DNA of 64,000 nt, taken from the NCBI RefSeq assembly GCF_009914755.1, contig NC_060942.1, one strand, 5' to 3'. Shown here one piece after another: positions 34,572 through 48,521 of the stretch. The notes under the pieces were generated by a model, which did no database searches, was not told the origin of the DNA, and worked only from the letters and a program-made list of their open reading frames with translations. How positions within the stretch are numbered: the first letter of the stretch is position 1; the number at the start of each line of letters is the position of its first letter. The position numbers and the translations under genes were made by a program. The DNA is from the human T2T-CHM13v2.0 reference genome, Homo sapiens.

Positions 34572-35193
34572 CTTGAATAAAAACAAAAAGTGGCAGTTAT
34601 ATAATGGACCCAAATCGCCTTTTCCAGGCTTCTCATAACACACGCATGCTTCAGATTTGGATTTTTCTTTTTCTGCTGGCATTGCAAGAACGTAACTAAA
34701 CAAATATCAACTTCAAAAATAAAATAATTTTTAGTCTTAACTAGGTCTCATGGATGTCTTCTTTTCCCCCACTAAAACCATTTGGGGAAATTTTTCACTA
34801 AAAATGGGATCAAACATGTTTTTGGATGGGACAAAGGCCAAGTCTGCCTGAGTGACTATTTCTGTGTATAAATTATACCAGATTATGGATCAATAAAAGT
34901 TCACACAATAGGATGCTAGGGACCAGCACTTCCTCTTTGATACTGTATCTAGAGATCATCTGATGCATGTTAGGACAGAGTTTCTGTTGAAACATGTAAC
35001 AGGTGGTTAAAAACCATGGTGTGATCTGGTAACTTTCTTCTCTGGGGTGGTTGGGCCAGAGCCCTTTTCTTGGTCTGATGGGTTTAGATTTCAGCTCCCT
35101 CAAGTCAGAGAGTGAACGGGTTATCTGAGCAAGTCAAGTTGTTCATGAAGCAAGTCAGTACCCTTGACTGATATTTATGCACCTTTGCAGTGA

Positions 35194-35502
<309 letters not shown>

Positions 35503-36004
35503 TTTTCGGTGAATTTAAAGGTGAAAATACCAAACTAAGATAAATTAGACCTGATAACAATCATTTGATTTAAAGAGCACTTTTTATAAGTCATAGTTAA
35601 AAATAAATAATATTATCTAATCTTACGCAATAGTCATGATCATTTAGGCTGAACAAAAATGTCTGCAGTTTCATTCGGTTGAAGTCCTGGTTCTCTTTCA
35701 AACTGGAGGAGTTTGCAAACAAAATTCTTTTCAATACTGGTAAATCAAATTGGTATCTGTATGAACATACACTGATTTTTAACAGATTATGTTCACATTG
35801 CTCTTCCTTATGACTTTCTGGAAAAGCTGCTTTTAAGTTTGTTTCCTATTGAATTTCATCTTTCCTGCATAACCAATGGTGTCTGGTCCAACGTTGAGTA
35901 AGAAACACTATAGGGGAGGAAGTATGCATATACATGTCCATATGTTTATTATAAATTTTGCTGATACGAAAGATATGTGGCACACAGTCTATAAGTAACA
36001 ATGA

Positions 36005-36360
<356 letters not shown>

Positions 36361-37849
36361 TCCCATGGAATTCTTTTGTTCATCTTGGCCAAACTCTTGT
36401 ATCTGTAGCCAGCAGTTCAACCATGATCAGACAATCATTCATTCAGTTGCATCTCAGTTTGCCCTTTTCCCAACAAACTTACTATTATTATATCTTTTAT
36501 GTGATATAAGTTATTTTTATTAAATAAGCCTCTTTCAGCTTCAATACTATGTCAGTACCCATACCATGGCATATTTGTCACTGTACATAAAGTTGGGCAG
36601 AGATGTGCAGTGATCACACCAGCATGTAGTATTTCCACCATACGGGTATGGTAGAATGTAACCTCAAGAGCATGGATAGAAACATGACTAGGAAATGATG
36701 AGTTTTAAATGTTTATAACTTTTGTTTTTGATATAATTTATCTAATTGTAAGTTACACAATTTAATTTGTAATAATGGGCTTCCAAAATGTCTGAAACTG
36801 TAACGTCTGGCTCTTGCAAGCTGGTATGAACCCGCTTTAGGGCACCACTGCCATAACTGATGCTTCCTTGTGTCAGGCCCAGGGAAGACCTTGAACTTCA
36901 GAATACTTCCTGAGATCTTCATAAAGGGGGTAATCATTTAATTGAACAAGACAAATGGAAGTAAACTTAGGATTTGCTATTATTTTTTGCCAGTTATTTC
37001 AAAACCTGTGAAGCCTTTCATTGCAAAAATAAACTATACATACATCACCTTAGAGATAACAGTCATTGACAATCAACTAGTATAATCACAATATAAATGG
37101 ATTTGACATTCTTTTGGTCAGGCAACTAAACCAAAACGCAAGGTCAGGTACAAGTAATTGACTTATTAAGCAATGACCTCATCTTTTCAGAGTAGAATTC
37201 TTATATACATCAGAATATCAAGTTTTTCAGCCATATTCATTTTTGAGTATAATCATGGTGTCAGCAAATGTCATTCAACTGAAAAGACAACAATGTGCTC
37301 TGATCAGTATGTAGAAACAGAGTTCATGCAAGAAAACAAGAAAATTTAAACAAATCATCAGGGAAGACAGGGGTGGCAGTGAAGGAGAGCCCAATCATCA
37401 TTTACTGAGTTGGGGAAACAAGGTAAGCTCAAATACAAACAAAAATTAGATCTGTAATTATCAACATTGTTTTAAGAAAAACGTGTGATTCACTAGCTCC
37501 AAATAGACTTCTCTTATATTTTTAAACCCCAAGTCAAATTATTCTGTATAGTAAGGTAGGCCTTTATATTGGGAAGTAACTATGTTACAGTGAAAATTTA
37601 GAATTAGCTATATCTAGTTAGATACCTTATATTAACATGATACACAAAATTGTACAACGAGTGGGAAAGATCATTTATCTTAAAATGTAAATGTTTTTAA
37701 AAATTTTGAATATTTAAGAAGGGATTGATGTTGATATTAAAAAGCTACACATAGCACTGCTGACTTCCAGGACACACAATAGACATTATCTGGTGTGTGG
37801 CTGACATTGACATTGCCTGGAATTCAGGGTAAGCCGTAACACATACATT

Positions 37850-37851
<2 letters not shown>

Positions 37852-37892
<41 letters not shown>
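37852..37892. repeat. (CA)n microsatellite
   Basis: About 20 uninterrupted CA units. Confidence 0.95.
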
Positions 37893-37895
<3 letters not shown>

Positions 37896-37940
37896 TGCTA
37901 CCACCCCCCGCCGCCCCCACCCCCGGTTTCTTTTTCATAG

Positions 37941-38321
<381 letters not shown>

Positions 38322-38329
38322 TATTTCCC

Positions 38330-38975
38330 TATTTCTTCTACTTCATCTCACATGACTTTTCCCCTTATTCCGGACCCATTAGCCACATGGTTTCTTTCTG
38401 TGCTTTGCAATGCTATTTCCTTTCTGCCCTTGGCTGGTGTACTTGCGGCTCGCTCCCTCTTGCCTGCTGCCCTAAACTGCCCAATCTTCCTATAACCAGC
38501 TCTTTTCTTTTGTTCACATTTGACTTCAAATATAACTTCCTCAGAGAGTCTTCCTTGATTACTATATTTAGAGCAGGCCAGAAATAACTCTATCCCATTG
38601 CTCTTATTTATTTATTTGTTTACTTAATTTTTATTTTTTAAAAGGATTGGGGGTGGGGGTCTCACTTTGTTGGCCAGCCTGGCCTTGAACTTCTGATTTC
38701 AAGCAATCCTCCAGCCTCAGACTCCCAAGTAGCAGGGACTACAGGTACCTGTCACCACAACTGGCTTTCTTTTATTTTTTAAAAATAGCACTTTTCACTG
38801 TTTGCAGTTATCTCATTGATTTCACATCTGCGTCCTTGTTTACCTCTGTCCTCCTCATTAGAATATAATCAGAAGGAGAGCAGGAACCTGGTCTGTTTTG
38901 TTTGCTGCTGTAACTCCTCTGCCCAGAAATTTGTAGCATAGAGCAAACACACAAAAAATATTTACTGAATGAAAA
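38330..38975 (+). mobile_element. L2 3' region (interrupted by FLAM ~38605-38765)
   Basis: cttcaaatataacttcctcagagagtcttcctt...agagcaggaacctggtctgttttgtttgctgctgta...aaatatttactgaatgaa. Confidence 0.75.
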
Positions 38976-39519
38976 GGTGATCATTCCCGAGTATCCTCAA
39001 GGAGGATCTTATCAATCCCAGCAAATGTACTTCAAATACGTTATTTCAATTATGGATGTTATTGAGCTGAGTACTGAGATTTCATTATATTGACCACTGT
39101 CTATTTCTACTCAGAGGCTGTTCTTTATAGGGAGTTAGTCAAAATCTATGTGCAGAGTGAATACATATAACTTGCAGTAAATATTTAGGTGTTTTAGGGT
39201 TCCAATATTGGCAAGGTATCTGACAAGTAAGTTTATTGGCTACTTGGAGACAAAATTACGCCCTAAATGGACTTCAAGAAATATTAGTTAACTAACTTTA
39301 TATTCAAATACCTCAATAATCTGCAGTTCTCTTGTCTCAACTGTCATCACCCTGGGCCAAATTATGACAGCAATGTTCACAGGAAACTGTATGATAAGGC
39401 ACAATAGAGAAAGAGGAACTAAAAAAGAACTTCAGCCTTTAATATCCTTTTTCTAAGTTATTCCCATGCTGCAGGTGGAGAGACTTTTTCAAAAGATCAT
39501 GTGACAGCCTTCCAACTCT

Positions 39520-39652
39520 TATTTTATTCATTTATTTTTTAGATGAAGTTTCACTATGTTTCTTAGGCTGGTCTCAAACTGCTGTGCTCAAGTGATCCTC
39601 CTGCCTCAGACTTCCAAGTAGCTGAGATTATCGGCATGTACCAGAGTGCCCA
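39520..39652 (-). mobile_element. FLAM
   Basis: Monomeric antisense Alu. Confidence 0.8.
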
Positions 39653-40005
39653 GTGAAATTCTTAAGACAAAAAGCCTTAACATGACTGCAAAACCCTCTA
39701 TGATGTCACTTATAGGTGAATAAAAATGGCCACAAATTCTTCCACACTCCTCCCACAGACAGGTGGAGGCTATGTCTCCTCTCCTTGAATCTGGGTAAGC
39801 TCTGTGGCTGCTTTGACCATTAGAATACAGAGGAAATGATGCTGTCTGCCCAGATCTCATGAAACAGGCAGCTTCCCCTCTGGTGTCATGGACCACTCCC
39901 TCCGGGAAGCCTGAGACAGCAGGTTACAAGTCCTGAGACGGTCCTGATGGAAAGGCCACATGCAGACACTCATAAACATCAGCTGAGCCTAAGTGTCAAG
40001 TTTAG

Positions 40006-40352
<347 letters not shown>

Positions 40353-41422
40353 TGAGAAGACTGCTGGTGAAGGCTGGGAGGACTGAAAATTGTCACTGGA
40401 GCCTGGAGAAAAGGTAACTCTATTAATGTAGTGGCAGAGAATTTGCTAACATTATCACTTGTAGTAATGTGGAAAATAGAAAATATACCCAAGGAACCCA
40501 CGGATTTTAGTAAGAAAACTTCTAGGCAGAATGCTTAAAGTGCCATTTAAAAATTTAAAAAAAAAATTTTTTTTAAAGCTACACACAGTAAAAGGTGCAG
40601 GTAGAGAAAGATGAGTCAAAAAAGAACTGTTCAGTTTTCAAACAAAATTTGGAGACAATAAAGAGCTAGAATGTGTTGAGTAAAAACAAAACAAAACAAA
40701 ACAAAAATTGTTTTAACACTCCTAGGGGGTGGCTGTAAAATACCTTTTAATGACTGTAGAAATATTTAAGGATGTACCTCATAGAGTTTCCAAAATAGAC
40801 AAAAAGGCTTTTAAGAATCCTAAGGGTATTGTCCCACAGCACCCAACTCTGAGCCCAGACCAAAAAAGGGACTATCTTGAAGAGAATTGTAGGTATGTGT
40901 TTCATTTAACAGAAAGAAACCCAGTAAGATTCAAAGGATGCCCACAAAGATTATGAGAGAAGTGTATTAGTGGACACATAATCAGCTTGGACAAAGCAGG
41001 CAGAGGTAAAGTGCAAAGAGTCCTTAGAGCCCCCAGACTTTTATGGGTGAGACATAAGCTGAGAAGATTATTCAGCTGAAAGTGCTATTTCTTATGGAAA
41101 GGGGACAACTCAGAAGGTGCAACAAGAGTCTGGAGGGTGGATCCAAGAGCCGCAGAGAATCATTCCAGAGAGCAGGACTCGGCCCTCCAGCCAAGGAACT
41201 GGCAGCATGTGGATTTCAGACTTGCTATGGTAATGCCTGGCGTATAGCTGTTTATCCACTCTTTGAGTGGGAATATCCCAAGCACTTATCCCATCCCTGT
41301 ATTATCAGTATACGTTGGACATATATGAGGCAAATACCTTTTTCATATTGAGAGGTCTTCATATTGAGAGAAATTGTATAAGACAACAGCATCAAATGGG
41401 CCCCATCAGCAACTGAACCTTA

Positions 41423-41913
<491 letters not shown>

Positions 41914-42231
41914 TTATTCCCTTTGGTCTGAGTGGGCTTGTGGACTGCTTTGGCCGTCACCAAGAATATGAAGGAAAAGATGCTCTGCCAGTATCTGGGC
42001 TCAGACCTTAAGACCTTAAGATTTCCTATCTCTTGTATAGGAACTGTCTCTGGAAGCCCTGAACTGACATGTAAGGAGTCTTGAAGCCGCAAGGCTGGAG
42101 GTGCCAATTACAGGTGCTCTAGTCAACAGTTACCATATTGCTACTGATCAGGAGCCCACACTCCCAGCCATTGAAATGAAGGTGCCAGGCATGTGAATAA
42201 TGCTGTCTTGGACTCTCAAGACCAGCCCAAC

Positions 42232-42638
42232 TGTGATGGTTAGTTTGTGTGTCAACTTGACTGGGCCATGAGGTGCCCAGAGATTTGAACAAACATTATT
42301 TCGAGTGTGTGTGAAGGTGTTTCTGGATGAGATTAACATTTGGATCAGTTCATTGAGTACAGCAGACTTCCCTTCCTAAGGTGGGTGGGTCTTGTCCAAT
42401 GAGTTGAAGTCCTGAATAGAACAAAAAGACAAAGTAAGAGAGAATTCTCTGTCTCTGCTGGGACATCAGTCTTCTCTTCCCTTTGGACTTCGACTTGAAC
42501 TGGAACTTACACAATTGTTCTCCATGTTCTCAGGTCTTTGGACCCAGATTGGAACTATACCATTGGCTCTCCTGGGTTTCAAGCTTGCTTGCTGACTGCA
42601 GATCTTGGGACTTCTCAGCCTCCATAATTATGGGTCAG

Positions 42639-42677
<39 letters not shown>

Positions 42678-42732
42678 ACACACACACACACACACGGATA
42701 TACTACTTCTCTGGAGAACTCTGACTAATACA
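42232..42732 (+). mobile_element. MLT2 solo LTR (ERVL) with internal (CA)n
   Basis: tgtgatggttagtttgtgtgtcaacttgactgggcca...gagaactctgactaataca; perfect 5-bp TSD CCAAC. Confidence 0.9.
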
Positions 42733-42919
42733 CCAACTTCTAGCTGAATGTGGAACAGAAGAATTGCCCAGCTGAACCCTGCCTAAATTCCTGATTCAAA
42801 ATCATAAGGTATAATATAATGATTGTTTTTCAGCTGCTCCACATTGGGGTAATAAGGTATGTAGCAACAGATGACAGACATAGTCAGCTGTGCATACATT
42901 TTCTGACTACACATGTGCC

Positions 42920-43300
42920 CTGTCCCTTAGCTCTTGGTACTCCAGCCACATCACCCTTTCAGTTCTACTAATATTGAATGCAGAATTAGCACGTGCCATC
43001 CCTCACCCTTCTTGATCCTTTGACTCTTAGCTAATGAGGATTTTCTCAGGGAAGTTCTCCCTGAGCCTCTAGATTAGTCCCTTTGTTACAATAGATCCTC
43101 CCACAAGAACTGTCTCTTTCTTTCAGCGCAGTTATCTCTGTGATTATTTGATTGACGCTAGTCTCTACCCCTAGATGGTAAACTCCATGAGAACAAAGGG
43201 TAAGACTGCTTTTGATCACCAGTGAATTCCCCGAGTTCAGCACCATGTCTGGACATAGTAAGTGCAGAATAAATATTTGTTAAGAAGGTGAATGAAATAT
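42920..43300 (+). mobile_element. L2 3' end
   Basis: tagatggtaaactccatgagaacaaggg...cagcaccatgtctggacatagtaagtgcagaataaatatttgtt. Confidence 0.8.
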
Positions 43301-44399
43301 TTGAAGCAGCTGATAAAGACTCCCTTCTCACCATAGCTTTTAATAACCATGTCAATATTCTTTTCTTTGCACCTTGTGAAAATCTGGGTTCTCAGCCATT
43401 GTAACTGGGAAAGACTGTGACTTAATATGAGGCCACTGGTCCTACTATGCTATTGTCTGTGACGGCAGCTAAGCACAACTGAAGTTGCTGGAGTTCCTTT
43501 TTGTAACCGCTGGGGAAGAGGAAGCACAAGAGAGCCTCTGGGTGTGTGGGCGCAGGAATGCATAGAGAAAAAAGTAATTAGTGCCTGTTCACATTTATGT
43601 CTTTAGTTGGAAATTAGGGAGCTCTCCTAAAAGTCTAAAGAAAATCGTGGATGCTCAAACTGTTTAAAATGTTTCTAAATTTAAGTTTAGAAACAATTTG
43701 TTACTAGATCAGGAGCTCTTCCCCCTCCCCCCAACCCCTTCCTCTAAAAATGGAAGAAATAATTGCTGCTTCCTTAGTGCTGTTAGGAAAATTCTGTACC
43801 TTCCATAACCATTGCTCTCAGTATTATTTTCTTAATACCTAATCTGAATTCCTACTGTTTTAAAATGCATTCCCCTACTTAGCTCTACGGATATGGAAAA
43901 TACATGCTCCGCTGGGAATAGTCTTTCTTAAAATATATCTGCTCTGCTTAAAGATTAGTTTATCATTTTTGCCACATATAAAATAAGCTCAGGTCTCTAC
44001 AAGTGCCCTTGTAATTTCCATTTCATAAATTTAAAAAATATTTTGTTTTACCTCGTTATATTTCTAATAGTGACCTCCAAATGGGTCTGTGTACGATATT
44101 TCATTAAATGGGTTTAGTAGGCTTCCAAAGGGAGAAAAGAGGATTTCCATTTCTGCATAATATTCTTGCTCTTTTAAGAAGAAAACACCTCTACAGTGGC
44201 AGGGCTAATATGTCGACAGGCATATTCCGTATCATTTATGTAAGTTAACACATTCTGAGGCTCTGCCCATTTCCACTTCTCTGATTTGTCCTCCCTCCCT
44301 GAGTGCACAATACTGCATTTGTCCCTTTTGAACATGTAACAGATTAAAGAGCTGGGCAGGAGGCAGATGTAGGGGCACCTTTGATCTCTCATCCTTGGA

Positions 44400-44950
44400 G
44401 GTTAAGGGAGGGCAGACACCTGGCGGCTGCCGAGCTGGAAACAAAACACAGGCCCAGACTGGAATTACCTTAAAGGGAGCCCGGCTCCAACCGCAGAGGC
44501 AGCTGGAAGCGCTGAATGGGCACCGGGGGAAGAGAGCCCCGCGGTCAGGCAGAGGACGCAACAGAGTCCTAACAATGTGATCCAGGCTACCCGAGAGCTG
44601 GTTAGAATAATCCTTCCTACGCAGAAAGACCCAGGAAACCTTCCAGGAAAGACTAGGCAGCCGCATTGAGAAAAAACGAAAAGTAAATCTTTTGCAAATA
44701 ATATCACAAAACTTCCAGCTGTGCACAAATACTGAAGGGCAATTTTGATGACAATGCAGGAAGCTTTCAAAGAAAGGATTTTTAAACATATTTTTTCCTT
44801 GGCGGAACTCTTTTTAGTAAGGATTTCCACCTTTGCCCCAGGATCCTGCCAATGTTCTTAGTCAAAGCCAGACCCGAGTTTCCTAGGATTCTTCGGTGAA
44901 ACTGCATTGCCCCCTGGCGTTTGTGTGCTGTCATTACGCCGCACAGATAA
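44400..44950. promoter_or_regulatory. GC/CpG-enriched unique block, promoter- or enhancer-like
   Basis: Local CpG cluster; GAS TTCCAGGAA 44641-44649; CTCF-like ttgccccctggcgt 44907-44920; minus-strand donor AAG|GTAATT at 44469/44468. Confidence 0.45.
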
Positions 44951-45204
44951 AGCCCATGGAACACCTACCAATCCGAGGAAGGATGCAGCTCCTGGTTTCA
45001 TCTACATGGAGAAACCTCTCTTAAAACACAGGATCAGAGAATGCAGTTCTAAATGGCAAATCTAGACTTGGTTTGACAAGACATGGAATGAAACTTTGAA
45101 ATTAAAACTCCTTCCTTTTCCATCCTTAGCAGAATCTCCTGAGATGTTCAAGTAGCTCTGGAAAGAAACTGATCAGATTCTAATCTGTCAATTTAAAAAG
45201 TTTT

Positions 45205-45525
<321 letters not shown>

Positions 45526-45539
45526 TGCTAATTTGTCAA

Positions 45540-45796
45540 TTTTTTTTTTTTTTGGAGTCAGGGTCTCACTCTGTTGCCCAGGCTGGAGTGCAGTGGTGCA
45601 TCTCAGCTCACTGCAACCTCCACCTCCCAGACTCAAGCGATTCTCTTGCCTCAGCCTTCTGAGTAGCTGAGATTACAGACATGCGCCACCACCACCCAGC
45701 TTATTTTTGTACTTTTAGTAGAGGCGGGGTTTTACCATGTTGGCCAGGCTGGTCTCAAACTCCTGACCTCGAACGATCCACCTGCCTCGGCCTCAC
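45540..45796 (-). mobile_element. AluS (5'-truncated)
   Basis: Antisense Alu ending at gcctcggcctc. Confidence 0.87.
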
Positions 45797-46294
45797 AGTC
45801 AACAAATATTGACTGTGCTGCTTACCATCCATGTGAACTTGGAAAACCCTCTTAACCTTTCTTTGTCTCCTCCACTTACAAAATGAGGCTGATAATAGTA
45901 GCATATACCATCTAGTACCTAGTAAACACCCTTTAAGTGTTTGTGAATGATGAGAACTATGTGAGTTTTCCACTCCGGTGGACTAGGGAAGATTAAAAAA
46001 CATTCTGTGATGTTGAAAGGGCTTGGACTTGGTTCCTGGCCAAGTCTATTAAAACCCCAAAACACAAAGAAATGCTCCAGGTACTGCGGTTTCTACCTGG
46101 CCTCAGTGCAAACCTAGAATTAAGTACATCTCTGACACTTCCAGGTCGGTGTGACTGGACCTCTGAGAATATGCTGGGGCCTGAGAGGGTCCATTCTTGT
46201 CCACACCAGGGCAGAGTTCCACCCCCAAGGCTAGGCCAGAGCCGGAATGACTCCAGGAGTAAGGCCAAGGGTGGTCTTCCTTGGCCCAGGTTCC

Positions 46295-47020
46295 TCTAGA
46301 ATATGCCACTGTGGCATAAAAATGATTTTGAGCTGAAGGCATTTGATAAGAGGCTTATTTCTAAACTCCTTATCTGCCCCAAAGCAGAACCTCCTCCCAA
46401 AACTCAATTGTCATAAATCCCTTCCCACAGATTTTTCTGCAACCAGAGAAAGTTGACTCTAATACCAAAGAGAAGCCCACAGCACACCTAAACAGGCATT
46501 GTCACAAAACTATCATCTCCCATCTATTCTCCTAAAGGCCCATGATCTTTCTTAAAAGTAATTTATTTTTCCTTAAGTGCCCTTCTCCTCCTCCCCTTCT
46601 CTTGTTCAGATGGCACATAAGCCCCAAATTGTAAGTGCCCCCTTGAGGCATATTTTCCTGAGAACTCCCATACATAATGAACAGAAGCCTGTCTTTTCTT
46701 TTGCAGCCCCCAAAACACTGAACTTAAGAGGGTAAAGGAACAGTTTTTCCTTCCTTCGTTTCTTCTTTCCTTCCTTCCATGTTTTCTAGAGACAGGGTCT
46801 CACACTGTCATCCAGGCTGGAGTGCAGTGGTGTGATCATAGCTCACTGCAGCCTCAAAGTCCTGAGCTCAAGTGATCCTCCCCCCTCAGCCTCCAAGTAG
46901 CTAGGACTACAGGCACATGCCACCACACCCAGCTAATTTTTTTAATTTGCAAATTTTTGTAGAGATGGGGGTCTCACTGTGTTGCCCAGGCTGGGGAAAA
47001 GTTTTTCATCTTCCGTACCT
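46295..47020 (+). mobile_element. MER34-like LTR (ERV1), interrupted by AluJ ~46780-46995 (-)
   Basis: agaatatgccactgtggcataaaaatgattttgagctgaaggca...gaacttaagagggtaaaggaa. Confidence 0.65.
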
Positions 47021-47173
47021 TCTTCTGTGCCTTTGGCAAAATACTGGACTCCACTGTGCAAAAAAAAATCTCTGCTCAGGCCTTCAAAACAAGCTTCACA
47101 TCTTGTGCCAAGCTATCCTCAGTCGAAGCAGTGGTGGCAAATAGACGCACCATAAATGAGAAATAGAATGCTT

Positions 47174-47468
47174 GGCCCAGTGCACTGGCTCACGCATGGA
47201 ATCCCAGCACTTTGGGAGGCCGAGGCAGGCAGATCACCTAAGGCCAGGAGTTCGAGGCCATCCTGGGCAACATGGTGAAACCCCGTCTCTACTAAAAATA
47301 CAAAAATTAGCTGGGTGAGGTGGCAGGTGCTACTTGGGAGGTTGAGGTAGGAGATCGTTTGAACCTGGGAGGCGGAGCTTGCAATGAGCCGAGATCGCGC
47401 CACTGCACTCCGGCCTGGGCGACCGAGTAAGACTCTGTCTCAAAATAAATAAATAAATAAATTAAAAA
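47174..47468 (+). mobile_element. AluS (small internal deletion)
   Basis: Alu with (TAAA)n tail. Confidence 0.9.
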
Positions 47469-47684
47469 GCAATAGAATGATCTACATAATATTTGACATG
47501 TTAATATTCGTACAGCATCTTTGAACAAAGGCTGACAAATACAAGTGATAAGTGTTTGTTAAATGAAAATAAATGTTGTACAATTTCAGTCTTTAAGAAA
47601 GACAACGCAGACTGGTATTAGGGTTCCAGACCTTCCAGATGTTTTTCTTATTTTGCACTGCATCTTTAAAATCTTGCGTATTAT

Positions 47685-48521
47685 TGATAAGGAGTGCTGG
47701 GAAGGGAAGAGCGTGATGCCTTTAAATGATACGGAAGAGGGGAAGGGAAGTGCTGGGTAGAGGAGGGCGTGGTCCCTGGCTAGGGCTCTACCCCCACGGA
47801 CCTAGGCGAGGACAGGCACTCCTGCCTTCCTGCCCAAATGTTGCATTTTCCAAGACCACCTTGGCCCACCACACCCCCAACCTGGGCCTATAAAAATTCG
47901 AGACCCTAGTAAGGAAAGAGACACAAGCGGCTGGACGTGTTGGGAAACACATCGGCAGAAGAAGACACGAGTGGTTATGTGTCTGGTCATTAGAGAGCAT
48001 GTCTGCGGAAGAGCACATCGATAGACTCCCGCACATGGATCGATGCCATCGACCCGCGACCTGCGGAATGAGGGAGAGTTGGTCCGGGGCAGTCAGAGGA
48101 GAGCCGGGCAGCGGGTGGCCCAACTCTAGGGGAAGGCCATCTTCCTTCTGGCTTCCTCAATGGCTGAGAACTACTTCTACTCAGTAAAACTTTCCACTCA
48201 TTATCCAAGCCCCCATGTGATCCAGTTCTTCCGGTGCACCAAGGCAAGAACCCGGATACAGAAAGTCCTCTGTCCTTGTGATGAGGAAGCGGATCTAAGT
48301 GAACTAACACAAGCTGCCTATAGGGCTAAACTAAAAGAACACCCTGCGACACACGACCACTGGGGCTTCAGCTGTAAACATTCACCCCTAGACACTGCCG
48401 TGGGGTGGGAGCCCTACAGCCTGCCTGTTTGTATGCTCCCCTAGAGGTATGCGTAGTGAGGCACTGAAGAAGTGAGCCACATAGGGTGTGCGATGGGAAC
48501 AAGGGAACCTTTCCCATTTCA
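47685..48521 (+). mobile_element. LTR1-like solo LTR (ERV1, HUERS-P2 type)
   Basis: tgataaggagtgctgggaagggaagagcgtg...ggaacctttcccatttca; TG...CA termini; perfect 4-bp TSD TTAT; TATAAAA at ~47889. Confidence 0.82.

Larger units (their letters stand above)
31490..34750 (+). ncRNA. Putative spliced lncRNA antisense to DLGAP1 (candidate exons ~31500-31793, 33163-33273, 34103-~34745)
   Basis: AP-1 cluster at 31492-31509; donor GAG|GTGAGA after 31793; acceptor and donor around 33163-33273; acceptor tctcattgtctcatcag| at 34102; AATAAA at 34718-34723 followed by a U/GU-rich tract. Exon structure is predicted from motifs only. Confidence 0.45.

Noticed and set aside
44232-44830. 185-aa and 121-aa minus-strand ORFs in unique sequence
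   Set aside because: No recognisable homology, non-ATG starts, and neither is in the DLGAP1 splice phase at the 44469 donor. Likely chance ORFs in a GC-richer block.
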